Shown piece by piece: positions 36,299 to 44,568 of a stretch of 44,568 nucleotides of DNA. The stretch lies in assembly GCA_020628375.1 (NCBI GenBank), contig JAHDFD010000027.1, positions 1 through 44,568 of the forward strand. Direction: 5' to 3'. How positions within the stretch are numbered: position 1 is the stretch's first letter; every line of letters starts with the position of its first letter. A program made the translations under genes and the position numbers. The notes below the pieces were generated by a model, which saw only the letters and a list, made by a program, of their open reading frames with translations, was not told where the DNA came from and did no database searches. This DNA comes from Chitinophagales bacterium (GTDB lineage Bacteria > Bacteroidota > Bacteroidia > Chitinophagales > UBA2359).

Positions 36299-39200
36299 TT
36301 ACCACCAATCGGGTGGTTGAATAGAAAGATCGTTCAGGAGTTTACGGATGCCTTCGAGGCTGTCTTTATATTCGCCGAAGTGGCTGGCGATATCGCTGAG
36401 GGCAGAATCATTTTTGGCCTTTTTGTTTTCTGAAAAAATAGTTTTTATTTGTTCCCAACGTTTTTGCTCTCCAGCATTAGCCAAACCAACCAAAGCTTTA
36501 AACTTCAATAAATTGGCTTCTGAACCATTGGTCAAGGTTTGGCTTTCGTTTTCGTAGTGAGAAACAATAAGCGTTTCCAATTCTTTATCGTTCATGATCG
36601 GTACTAACTTCTCTACCATTTTATTCATATTACGATACGAGCCTTGCAGTTTAAATGGTGGTTCGGTTCTATATTCATCATTGATAGAAGCCGAGCGAAT
36701 ATATTCCTGATTTACATTTAAAACTACATCTCTCACTCTTATCATTTTTTCAATGATAGATACATAATCGTTTATTTCTTCTGGGCTGTGTTTGTGTACC
36801 AATGTAATTCCTTCCTGGTTTCCTTGTTGAGCAATTTTAATAATATTTTTCACATCATCTGTACCCTTAGCCGTCAATTTTTGCAGAATGGGGTTAGAAG
36901 TCATGGCATTTTCAAGATAACTTAATTCAAATTCTGCTTTGGCATCGCCTAATATATCTCCTAAGTTGTAAATATCGGCACGGTTGGCTAACATATCAGG
37001 AATCTGGAATTTCTCTCCACTTTCAGTATATGGATTTCCCGCCATAACCACACAAACTTTCTTGCCTCTGAAATCGTAGGTTTTAGTTTTGCCTTTGTAA
37101 GTACCTTCAATTTTGCGTTGCGCATCACATAATGAAATAAATTTCTGTAAAAACTCTGGATGGCAATGTTGGATATCATCTAAATAGATCATTACATTAT
37201 CGCCCATTTCAAAAGCAAGGTTCAATTTTTCCAATTCTTGTTTTGCTCCTGCTGAATCGGCTTGCATCGGATCAACAGAAGTGATATAATGTCCCAATGC
37301 AGGACCGTTGATCTTCATAAAAACCAAGCCCAAACGATTGGAAAGGTATTCCATTAAAGTGGTTTTACCATATCCCGGTGGTGAGATCAGTAAGAGCAAT
37401 CCCATACGATCGGTTCGCTGTGTATCACCAACCGAACCAATTTGCTTCGATAAATTATCTCCTAAGATCGGTAAATACACTTTGTCGATCAATTCGTTTC
37501 TCACAAAAGAAGATAACACTCGCGGTTTGAATTCTTCCAAACGCATATTGGCTTTTTCTTCTTCAATAACTTGCCTTTTTAAATCCTGATAGGCTTTGTA
37601 AGCCATTACTGTTTCTGCATCGAATTTCTTCAGCTTATTAATGAACGCTAAAAACTCTATGGAATAAGTTCCTTTTTCGATGAGCTTATGATCGCCCAAC
37701 ATTTCGTTTAAATGTATGCTCGTATTGGTATCGTTAATGCGCCATTTTGCTTTTTCATTCCAAAGAAATGAAGCAATGCCCTGATAACGCCAACGCTCAT
37801 CTGCATTTTCAATTGCCAGAAATGCCAAAACCCATTTACCTATTAACTGGAAGCGTTCGATTGGCTTTTCCTTCAGTGCTTCCAAAGAGCTATTGTATCC
37901 TTTTTCTGATTTTGTTTCTTTTAAATATTGAATTAAAGATTCGGCTAATTCTTTGTCTGTTAAGGAAACGATATAATCTTTTTGCTTCAATAATTCTTCA
38001 TATAAATAAGCAGCTGCTAAGCGGGTATTAAATTCAAAATTGAGTGCTGCGCTTTCTTTGAATTCAATTATTTTTTCTTCCAATTTGTCAATCAGGTAGA
38101 AGAATTGTTTCGATTCAGGAAAGACCTTTAATACTTGAGCTGCACCATTGATCTCATTCTGAAAATCAGTTTTAAATCCTTCATTTTCCAAGCCTTCCCA
38201 AAACAGTAAAGCCGCTGCTCTTTCTTCGGGTCCGAACTTTAACAGATCAATATTTTCATCTATTTCTATAAGGCGATCCAATATTTTTTTGGCGTCTTCA
38301 TTATGTACACCTTTTACATAAGATTCCTGTATTCTCGAATCGATGATCTTATTGATAAATGGAATTTTTTCATCTTCAGCAAGTCCTTTGTAAGTATCTT
38401 TCAGCAGTTTATTAAAAATACTGAATGCTAAAAATTCTGCCCGATAAACCAGTTCATTTTCAGAGATCAATTGCTGATTCCAGAAAGGTTTTGTTTCTAT
38501 AAAATCGGCGTTGGTAATGGGTTCAAAAAAGTTCGTTCCCATTAAGTGAAAGCACATATCTTCACCTTGTGGTACTATACTCAGATCTAGTTTTTGCGTA
38601 TTAACAGAAAACTGATGCTTACCAAGCTTGATGATATTTTCACCATCGACAAAGAGTTCGTTTTTATCTTTCAGTTGTCGGACTGCCTCTTCTTTAGCTG
38701 CTTTTAATTGTGCTGCAACATCGTCTGACTTGACCGGATCTTCCAAGGTTCTTAACTGCGAAGAAATATCGCGCACCTTCTCCACCATCAGATCGGCAGC
38801 GAAATAAGCATTGATCTCATCATTGGTTTTGAAAGTCGCCAGTTTATTTTTTATACCTTTCAGAATCCTTTCAGCTGAATTCATTAAGGCATTTGTTTTA
38901 CGGTTATAAGCTTCGACTAACTGTAATTTACGATTTTCAAATGCCTCGTAAATTTCTTCTCTTTTTTCAGCTATTTCAACAGTAAATTCATCGTAATCGG
39001 CAAATTTCCCTTCTAAGTCTTCGAGCTGAACCATTAATTTATTCAGATATTCATCGGCTTGAACTGGTGTTTCTACAACTGATAAATAATTAATTAAACT
39101 CTGATCAAGTAATTTCGCTTGTGCTGAAAAGTTGGCTACCGATTCTGTTCCTCTTAATTCATTCAAACGCTGTTTGAGAACAGATTTCGATTTATTCAAA

Positions 39201-41176
39201 TTGGCGAAGATGGCAGAAATACTGTCTATGATCTTGGTAGTTTGTGTGGCATCTTCAATCTTAAGATTTCCAACTATTTCGATCAGCATTTTTAAATCCT
39301 GTCCTATAACATCTATTTCTTCATCTAACTTTTTAGCTTGCGTTGCGCTCTTTAGCTCAGGAATTAGTTTGTTTTTTGCTTCAACATCCTCGATATAAGG
39401 GGCAAGTGCTTTATCTGAACTAAGGAATTTTACACAATTTTCTGAAACCTTATCACTTTGTTCTACTAGTTTTTGTTCTAATACTTCTACTCTCTCTAAA
39501 TCAATATATCTCAATTCTTTGAGGGAAATAGTCTCCCCTCTTATGATTCGGAAATCGTTTAGAACCTGAACATAATCATTGATCGATTCAAAACGTAAGT
39601 ATTTGGTTTTTTCCAGTTGTTCTTCGATCTTTTTTTCTAGCTCTTCAAAACTTTTCGCTGTACTTTTCTTGATGCTTTGGACTTTATCGAACTCATCAAT
39701 AGCTGCGGTTGCCGTCTTTCTGATCGAAGTAATTGGTTCTTGTAAATTAAAAGCCTGTTCTTCACCGATCCAGTAATAAGCATCGATTATATCATTGGAT
39801 TTTTTACTCAGATCATAGTATAGATCCTGATAGGAATCTTCTTTATTCAGTAAAGCTATCAGCTCATAAGCCTCTGCCATTGCTTTAACAATGTCTTTAT
39901 TACCGACTTTATACAAATAGCTGTCTTTCAAATCGGAAGGAGCTTCGGTGCTTTGTGTATAGGGCGTTTGCCAGATTTGGATTACATGGTGTTTGGTACT
40001 TTCTTCTTCAGATTTAAAGTAAGCCATTTCACCATTTGGGAATAAGGTAAATCCATTACAGATCACTGGATTCTCTACCTGTTGTTCAATAATGTTATAA
40101 GAAAGCAGGATATAAACGTTCTGTTCAGGTGAAAAGAAAATGTATAAGAAATCTTCTCCATTGGGTGATGATAGCTTTTGCTCAAATTTAAGTCCTTCGA
40201 GTTTATTATCGAAAAACTTGTATTGCCCTGTTTGCAGATAATAACCATTTGAGAATATCAATCCCTGATCGTCAGGTAATAAAATTGCAGCACTAGCGAT
40301 AGTATCTATTCTTTTTGCTTCTTTAACCTTATCGTTATAAATGAAGTATCTGTAATCTTCTTGATAAGGTCTTATTTTAAGCGCGAATAAGTTACCTAAA
40401 TCGGCATAATAATATTCACCATCATCCAGTTTTTGTTCTTTTTGAGCAACTTCTTCAGCATAAATACCTTTTCCATCATCGGTATTATCTTCAATTTTGA
40501 TCGTTATATCACCACCAACTGCTTCAACAAATAATTTATCTTTTATGGAAACATGTGGATGTTTTCCATCTCTGAAATCATCTCTTCTTAATCTACTCCA
40601 CGAAAAATCGAGCTGTTCCGGAAATTTATATTCATGATCACTTCTGTCATCTACATATTGAAGTTCATTTTCTTTTATTAACCATTTAAAGGTTTTGATA
40701 TCACCTATATTTTTACTTACCTGAAAAACCATATACAGGTAATTTCCTATTCGGGCAAATTTGGTAAATACAGTTTCTCTGTAATATTTATAAAGATTTT
40801 TAAAAGAATCGATAAATTTTTCGTCTGAAAGAAGCTTTACTTCTTGTTCCTGAAAGGCATTATTACTGAATTTATAAATGCTGAAAACATCTTCAATTTT
40901 AATTTCGGAGCGTAAGCCAATATGTACATTATAGCCAAATAAAACCGTATCTCCCAATGCAAAAATATCTCTGGCAATACAGTTATTAGATGTATTGATC
41001 CTATCGGTCGCCAGCAGCTTTGTTTCGATAGAACCGAATACTTTTTTTCTTTCTGTATTCAGTTGATCAAGTCGCTTACTTAATTCACCTTGTTGTTTCA
41101 GTAAACGGGTTCTGATTATACCATAAGTATCTCCTTCAAGTTGAGTTGTCTGATTTATATTTTTCTCTTCCTGCAT
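36299..41176 (-). CDS. Giant (1625 aa) protein. The C-terminal region is a MoxR/AAA_5-type ATPase, and the N-terminal ~1250 aa are uncharacterised, with a long central coiled-coil or helical region.
   Basis: Walker A LLLISPPGYGKTTL. Walker B and sensor region MIYLDDIQHCHPEFLQKFISLCD resemble the MoxR DEINRApPevqsaLL pattern. KKVCVVMAGNPYTESGEKFQIPDMLANRADIY resembles the MoxR ATQNP...LPEAQLDRF pattern. The middle 700 aa are E/K/L-rich heptad-like sequence. Confidence 0.75.
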   Translation of the reverse strand: MQEEKNINQTTQLEGDTYGIIRTRLLKQQGELSKRLDQLNTERKKVFGSIETKLLATDRINTSNNCIARDIFALGDTVLFGYNVHIGLRSEIKIEDVFSIYKFSNNAFQEQEVKLLSDEKFIDSFKNLYKYYRETVFTKFARIGNYLYMVFQVSKNIGDIKTFKWLIKENELQYVDDRSDHEYKFPEQLDFSWSRLRRDDFRDGKHPHVSIKDKLFVEAVGGDITIKIEDNTDDGKGIYAEEVAQKEQKLDDGEYYYADLGNLFALKIRPYQEDYRYFIYNDKVKEAKRIDTIASAAILLPDDQGLIFSNGYYLQTGQYKFFDNKLEGLKFEQKLSSPNGEDFLYIFFSPEQNVYILLSYNIIEQQVENPVICNGFTLFPNGEMAYFKSEEESTKHHVIQIWQTPYTQSTEAPSDLKDSYLYKVGNKDIVKAMAEAYELIALLNKEDSYQDLYYDLSKKSNDIIDAYYWIGEEQAFNLQEPITSIRKTATAAIDEFDKVQSIKKSTAKSFEELEKKIEEQLEKTKYLRFESINDYVQVLNDFRIIRGETISLKELRYIDLERVEVLEQKLVEQSDKVSENCVKFLSSDKALAPYIEDVEAKNKLIPELKSATQAKKLDEEIDVIGQDLKMLIEIVGNLKIEDATQTTKIIDSISAIFANLNKSKSVLKQRLNELRGTESVANFSAQAKLLDQSLINYLSVVETPVQADEYLNKLMVQLEDLEGKFADYDEFTVEIAEKREEIYEAFENRKLQLVEAYNRKTNALMNSAERILKGIKNKLATFKTNDEINAYFAADLMVEKVRDISSQLRTLEDPVKSDDVAAQLKAAKEEAVRQLKDKNELFVDGENIIKLGKHQFSVNTQKLDLSIVPQGEDMCFHLMGTNFFEPITNADFIETKPFWNQQLISENELVYRAEFLAFSIFNKLLKDTYKGLAEDEKIPFINKIIDSRIQESYVKGVHNEDAKKILDRLIEIDENIDLLKFGPEERAAALLFWEGLENEGFKTDFQNEINGAAQVLKVFPESKQFFYLIDKLEEKIIEFKESAALNFEFNTRLAAAYLYEELLKQKDYIVSLTDKELAESLIQYLKETKSEKGYNSSLEALKEKPIERFQLIGKWVLAFLAIENADERWRYQGIASFLWNEKAKWRINDTNTSIHLNEMLGDHKLIEKGTYSIEFLAFINKLKKFDAETVMAYKAYQDLKRQVIEEEKANMRLEEFKPRVLSSFVRNELIDKVYLPILGDNLSKQIGSVGDTQRTDRMGLLLLISPPGYGKTTLMEYLSNRLGLVFMKINGPALGHYITSVDPMQADSAGAKQELEKLNLAFEMGDNVMIYLDDIQHCHPEFLQKFISLCDAQRKIEGTYKGKTKTYDFRGKKVCVVMAGNPYTESGEKFQIPDMLANRADIYNLGDILGDAKAEFELSYLENAMTSNPILQKLTAKGTDDVKNIIKIAQQGNQEGITLVHKHSPEEINDYVSIIEKMIRVRDVVLNVNQEYIRSASINDEYRTEPPFKLQGSYRNMNKMVEKLVPIMNDKELETLIVSHYENESQTLTNGSEANLLKFKALVGLANAGEQKRWEQIKTIFSENKKAKNDSALSDIASHFGEYKDSLEGIRKLLNDLSIQPPDWW

Positions 41177-41311
41177 TAGCTTTTGGGGTAAAGGGTGAAA
41201 ATTTAGAATAATTTTTTCTTCAACTTGTTTAGTAGTCCAATATCATAGTGTAAGAAACTATGACATTGGATTATTAACAAATGAGCATTCTTAAGCTACT
41301 TTCAATGACAA

Positions 41312-43402
41312 TTAAAAGAAATTATCAATTCCTACATTCCCCATACCTAAATGCTTAACTGAATTTATCATTGTTTGAATTATATCTTTATCATTATCAC
41401 CAGCCTGACTATACATTTTCATTAGGAAGGCACTTAAAGTAAGATTTTTAAGTGTATCAGAATCAAAACCAGATTTTGCTATTAGCTTTCCAATTCGAGT
41501 AGATAAATCTTCTCCGCTTCCATTTTCAGCAAGTAGCATTTGTTTTACACTTGAAATCGTTTCGCTTTCATTTACTAATCTATCAATCCCTTTGGCTCTG
41601 CTTATTTGCTTCATTATATTCTCGAAGAACATTGTTTCACCACCGACTATATCAATATTAGAATTTTTAAGTGCTTCAGCAAGTGTATTGGCTTGTGCTT
41701 GTGCTATGGCCTCCTGAATATTAATATTTGCAAGTTCGATTTCCTTTTCCTTTTCAAGCTGAAGTTTGAACTCTTCGTGTTCTTTACCTACACCATCTAA
41801 TTTTTTCATTGCTTCGGCTTTCTCTTCAATCCCTAATGCTTCGGCTTTTGCTTGTTCTTCTATTACATGAGCTTCGGCTACTCCTTGCTCTTTTATAATT
41901 TGTGCTTCTACTAAGCCTCTTTCTTTTTCAGCTTCTGCTTTAATTCTTATACTTTCGGCTTCGGCTTTTGCAGTTGCTTCGATCACTTTAGCTTCAGCTA
42001 AACCTTCAACTTCTAAAGCTTGAGCTTTTGCTTCAATTACTTGTGCTTCTGATTTTCCAACTGCTGCTTCTTCATTTGCTTTTGCTTCTGCAATTATTTT
42101 TCTGGCTTCAGCTTCTTTTACCGAAGCATTCTTTTTAGCTTCGGCTTCAATAAGTGCTTGTTCCGCTTCTAGTTTTGAGGCTTCTTTTGCCGCTTCAGCT
42201 CGCTGTACGTGTTTAATCAATTCTTGTTCTGCTTCTTGTTCGGCTGCTGTTACAGCTACTTGTTTAGACCTGTCAGCTTCAGCAAATGCCTTTGTATCTT
42301 TAATTTTCTCTTCTTCCGCTACAACTTCTTTTTCTACCATTACTCTTTCACGAATAACATCCTGTATATTCTTTCGCTCAACCTCTAATACTTTTTCTTT
42401 TTCTATCTCGGCAAGTGTAACTATTCTTTCCCTTTCTGTTACTTCTAATAACCTGTCTTTTTCTACTCTTTCAGCTTCAATGGCTTCCGTTCTTTCTTTA
42501 TTTTTTAATGCAACTATAACCTGTCGTTCCTTATTTGCTTCAGCAATTTCTATTTCCTCATCAGTAGCAATTCTTGCTGATTCCATTTTTAATCTTTCCT
42601 CATGTGCTACTTTCTCAGCTTCTGCTGTTTCTCTTGATTGGATATTAGCGATTTCTCTTTTTTGTTTTTCTTCTTTTTCAGCTAGTTGTCTATCTAACTC
42701 AAGAATTGCCTCTCTTGCTTCAACATCTTGTTTTTTAATAACTTTTTCTTCTTCTCTTCTTATTAGATTGGCTTTCATATTCTGTTCCGCAGTCAATTCT
42801 GTGATCTTCTTAATACCTTCTGCATCTAAAATATTATCAGCTCGTAAAAATTCAACTGGTGTTTGTTCTAAATAATCTATAGCGGCATCATCTAAAAGAT
42901 AGCCATTTAAGTCAGTACCTATTATATCTAAAATTTCTTGTTTAAATTCTTTTCTGGAATCATAAAGCTGAACAAAATCGAATTTTTTACCTACCGTTTT
43001 CAGTGCCTCTGAAAATTTCGCTTCAAATAATTCATTTAGTGTTGTAATATCTGATGCTCTTTCACAACCAATTGATTGCGCTACTTTTTTAACTTCTGCT
43101 GTTTCAGGATTTACACGAACAAAAAAAGCTACTTTAATATCAGCACGCATATTATCACGGCATATTAAACCATCTTTTCCCATACGATGAATCTCTACTT
43201 TCTTCACTGAAATATCCATAATTTCGCCTTTATGAATAACAGGAATTACCATCATTCCTTCAAAAGCGACCTGGGTTCCTCCAACACCTGTTCTCACCAA
43301 TGCCTTTCCCTGAGAGATCTTCTTAAAAAAGCTAACGGTAACGATAGCACCAATAATAATTACAAAAATTAAAATACCGAGCACGATGAATGCGATTTCC
43401 AT
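41312..43402 (-). CDS. Flotillin-family (SPFH/band-7) protein, YqiK/FloT-like
   Basis: N-terminal TM segment followed by an SPFH domain, then a ~300-aa EA-rich coiled coil (AEAEA repeats) and a C-terminal flotillin tail. 696 aa. Confidence 0.85.
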   Translation of the reverse strand: MEIAFIVLGILIFVIIIGAIVTVSFFKKISQGKALVRTGVGGTQVAFEGMMVIPVIHKGEIMDISVKKVEIHRMGKDGLICRDNMRADIKVAFFVRVNPETAEVKKVAQSIGCERASDITTLNELFEAKFSEALKTVGKKFDFVQLYDSRKEFKQEILDIIGTDLNGYLLDDAAIDYLEQTPVEFLRADNILDAEGIKKITELTAEQNMKANLIRREEEKVIKKQDVEAREAILELDRQLAEKEEKQKREIANIQSRETAEAEKVAHEERLKMESARIATDEEIEIAEANKERQVIVALKNKERTEAIEAERVEKDRLLEVTERERIVTLAEIEKEKVLEVERKNIQDVIRERVMVEKEVVAEEEKIKDTKAFAEADRSKQVAVTAAEQEAEQELIKHVQRAEAAKEASKLEAEQALIEAEAKKNASVKEAEARKIIAEAKANEEAAVGKSEAQVIEAKAQALEVEGLAEAKVIEATAKAEAESIRIKAEAEKERGLVEAQIIKEQGVAEAHVIEEQAKAEALGIEEKAEAMKKLDGVGKEHEEFKLQLEKEKEIELANINIQEAIAQAQANTLAEALKNSNIDIVGGETMFFENIMKQISRAKGIDRLVNESETISSVKQMLLAENGSGEDLSTRIGKLIAKSGFDSDTLKNLTLSAFLMKMYSQAGDNDKDIIQTMINSVKHLGMGNVGIDNFF

Positions 43403-43479
43403 AGATAGAGTGTTTAGGTTAAGAATGATTTATTGAATAGACATTACTATCCATTGATTCAAAATAAATTTCTAAAATA

Positions 43480-44178
43480 TCAAATTTCTTCTACTTTTTG
43501 AACATTATAGTAGTTCTCTTTGCTTTTATCAACGACTATACATTGAAAGCCTTTAGGAATAATACCTTTAACGGACTTAATATTGATGGTAATAATTCTG
43601 CCATTGTCAACTGCCTCAGCCTGACCGATTCTTTGTTCAGTTGCTTCTAAAATAACCTTACAAAGTTTTCCTTCAATGGTAGTTTCAGCATTGCCTTTTC
43701 TATTAAGTTTACTGAACATTCCACTAAATGGAGTTAATAAAAATTTAGTGATGAATAGGCTTATTATAAAATTAGGAATTAAGTATAACATACTTAAGCC
43801 TAAACTACCATTATTAAAATATTGGTTTGAATATAGGGAAATACCCCACATAACTGCAACCAAACAGGTAACGATTACAATCACTGGCATTTTTCCAAAA
43901 TGAAAGAATCTAAGCAGTTCTATCATAGTGTCTTCACCAAAACCAGCTCCTCCGGTTTTAGAATTAAGTTCAAGATCACTATCAACATCAGCGTCTAAGT
44001 CTATATCAGTATCTGCATCTAAGTCAAAATCAAAAGAATCAAAGTCGAGTACTCCAATTAAAGAGACTATATTCAATCCGAGGAAAAACAACAAGAGTAA
44101 AGTGAGTAATAGGTTCTCTGGTGCAAAAGCGATATGAATAATGTCTGTCATGATAAGTATAAATATAACTATACTCAA
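43480..44178 (-). CDS. NfeD/YqiJ-like membrane protein with a C-terminal OB-fold domain, the canonical partner of flotillin
   Basis: N-terminal TM segments, an acidic D-rich linker (DFDSFDFDLDADTDIDLDADVDSD), a second TM block, and a C-terminal ~70-aa beta-rich domain GKLCKVILEATEQRIGQAEAVDNGRIITINIKSVKG typical of NfeD short forms. 232 aa. Confidence 0.65.
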   Translation of the reverse strand: MSIVIFILIMTDIIHIAFAPENLLLTLLLLFFLGLNIVSLIGVLDFDSFDFDLDADTDIDLDADVDSDLELNSKTGGAGFGEDTMIELLRFFHFGKMPVIVIVTCLVAVMWGISLYSNQYFNNGSLGLSMLYLIPNFIISLFITKFLLTPFSGMFSKLNRKGNAETTIEGKLCKVILEATEQRIGQAEAVDNGRIITINIKSVKGIIPKGFQCIVVDKSKENYYNVQKVEEI

Positions 44179-44224
44179 GAAGAAAAAAGTTCCAAATTAG
44201 AAAAATTTAGTATTGATCTCGATC

Positions 44225-44568
44225 CTAATCCTCAATGAAATGAAAATAAGATTTAGTTCTTGCTCCATTAGGATTAAGGCCCCCATAATCACCAGTTGAA
44301 ACTGTAATTCTGATAATCGAAGATTCGATTTTATTCTTTTTTCTTAATCTATTTTCAATTTTAAGGGCTAATTTTTCAAGTTCATTGTCAAAACGGTCCC
44401 TGTCGACGTAAGGGTTAAAGGCGTAGAATAAATAATCACTAGAACCCATGATAGTCACATGCATCTCATTGTATCTATATTTACTTGGATGTCCATCAAT
44501 ATCTACCATTCTTACTTTCACTTTTCTAGCCAAAGTATGAAAAGCAATATACCGTTCAAGATTAGTCA
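44225..44568 (-). CDS. Hypothetical protein, 5'-partial (reading frame stays open to the window end). It is the first visible gene of the flotillin/ATPase operon.
   Basis: The frame carrying ...TNLERYIAFHTLARKVKVRMVDIDGHPSKYRYNEMHVTIMGSS... is open with no in-frame stop up to 44568. I recognise no domain. Confidence 0.45.
   Translation of the reverse strand, partial: TNLERYIAFHTLARKVKVRMVDIDGHPSKYRYNEMHVTIMGSSDYLFYAFNPYVDRDRFDNELEKLALKIENRLRKKNKIESSIIRITVSTGDYGGLNPNGARTKSYFHFIED

Noticed and set aside
1-44568. Mobile genetic element or genomic island (transposase, integrase, tRNA-adjacent insertion)
   Set aside because: No transposase, integrase, relaxase or tRNA gene was recognised. The accessory-looking loci (TA pair, repeat-flanked lipoprotein, ATPase operon) lack classical mobility genes within the window.

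Overview
Chromosomal window from a low-GC member of the Bacteroidota. The evidence is three cargo proteins with C-terminal T9SS sorting domains, two TIGR02436-like four-helix-bundle genes, a TAnnTTTG -7-type promoter box, and an almost complete absence of Shine-Dalgarno sequences. Most of the window is housekeeping: transketolase C-subunit, LptB, PyrR-like, a split Fe-S/CCG oxidoreductase pair, an M3 oligoendopeptidase, a fadB-fadA beta-oxidation pair, a HemC-HemD fusion, an HI0933-type flavoprotein, a BatA-like VWA protein, a UbiE/MenG-like methyltransferase, and DUF1295 and small membrane proteins. The left 9.7 kb is the 5' portion of a single giant minus-strand gene whose stop lies beyond the window start. 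It encodes a Cys-rich HYR-like repeat surface protein of more than 3200 aa. A T9SS-secreted FG-GAP beta-propeller protein precedes it, and the two genes are joined by an ATGA stop/start overlap. The most unusual region is 36.3-44.6 kb. There a minus-strand operon encodes a partial unknown protein, an NfeD/YqiJ-like membrane protein, a flotillin (SPFH) protein, and a 1625-aa protein. The C-terminal ~300 aa of that protein are a MoxR/AAA_5-type ATPase, and the preceding ~1250 aa are uncharacterised and rich in coiled coil. I know of no described SPFH-NfeD module coupled to a giant MoxR-like ATPase, and it is my best candidate for an undescribed membrane-associated system. Other notable items: a HepT(DUF86) toxin whose MNT-type nucleotidyltransferase partner is fused to an N-terminal TetR HTH domain; identical ~52-bp hairpin-containing repeats heading degenerate tandem arrays on both sides of a lipoprotein gene; recurrent 7-nt periodic TGA/TAG-containing heptamer arrays immediately after stop codons; and perfect 30-bp tandem repeats encoding (TDTTG)n near the C-terminus of the giant surface protein. 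No tRNA, rRNA, CRISPR, transposase or integrase was recognised.
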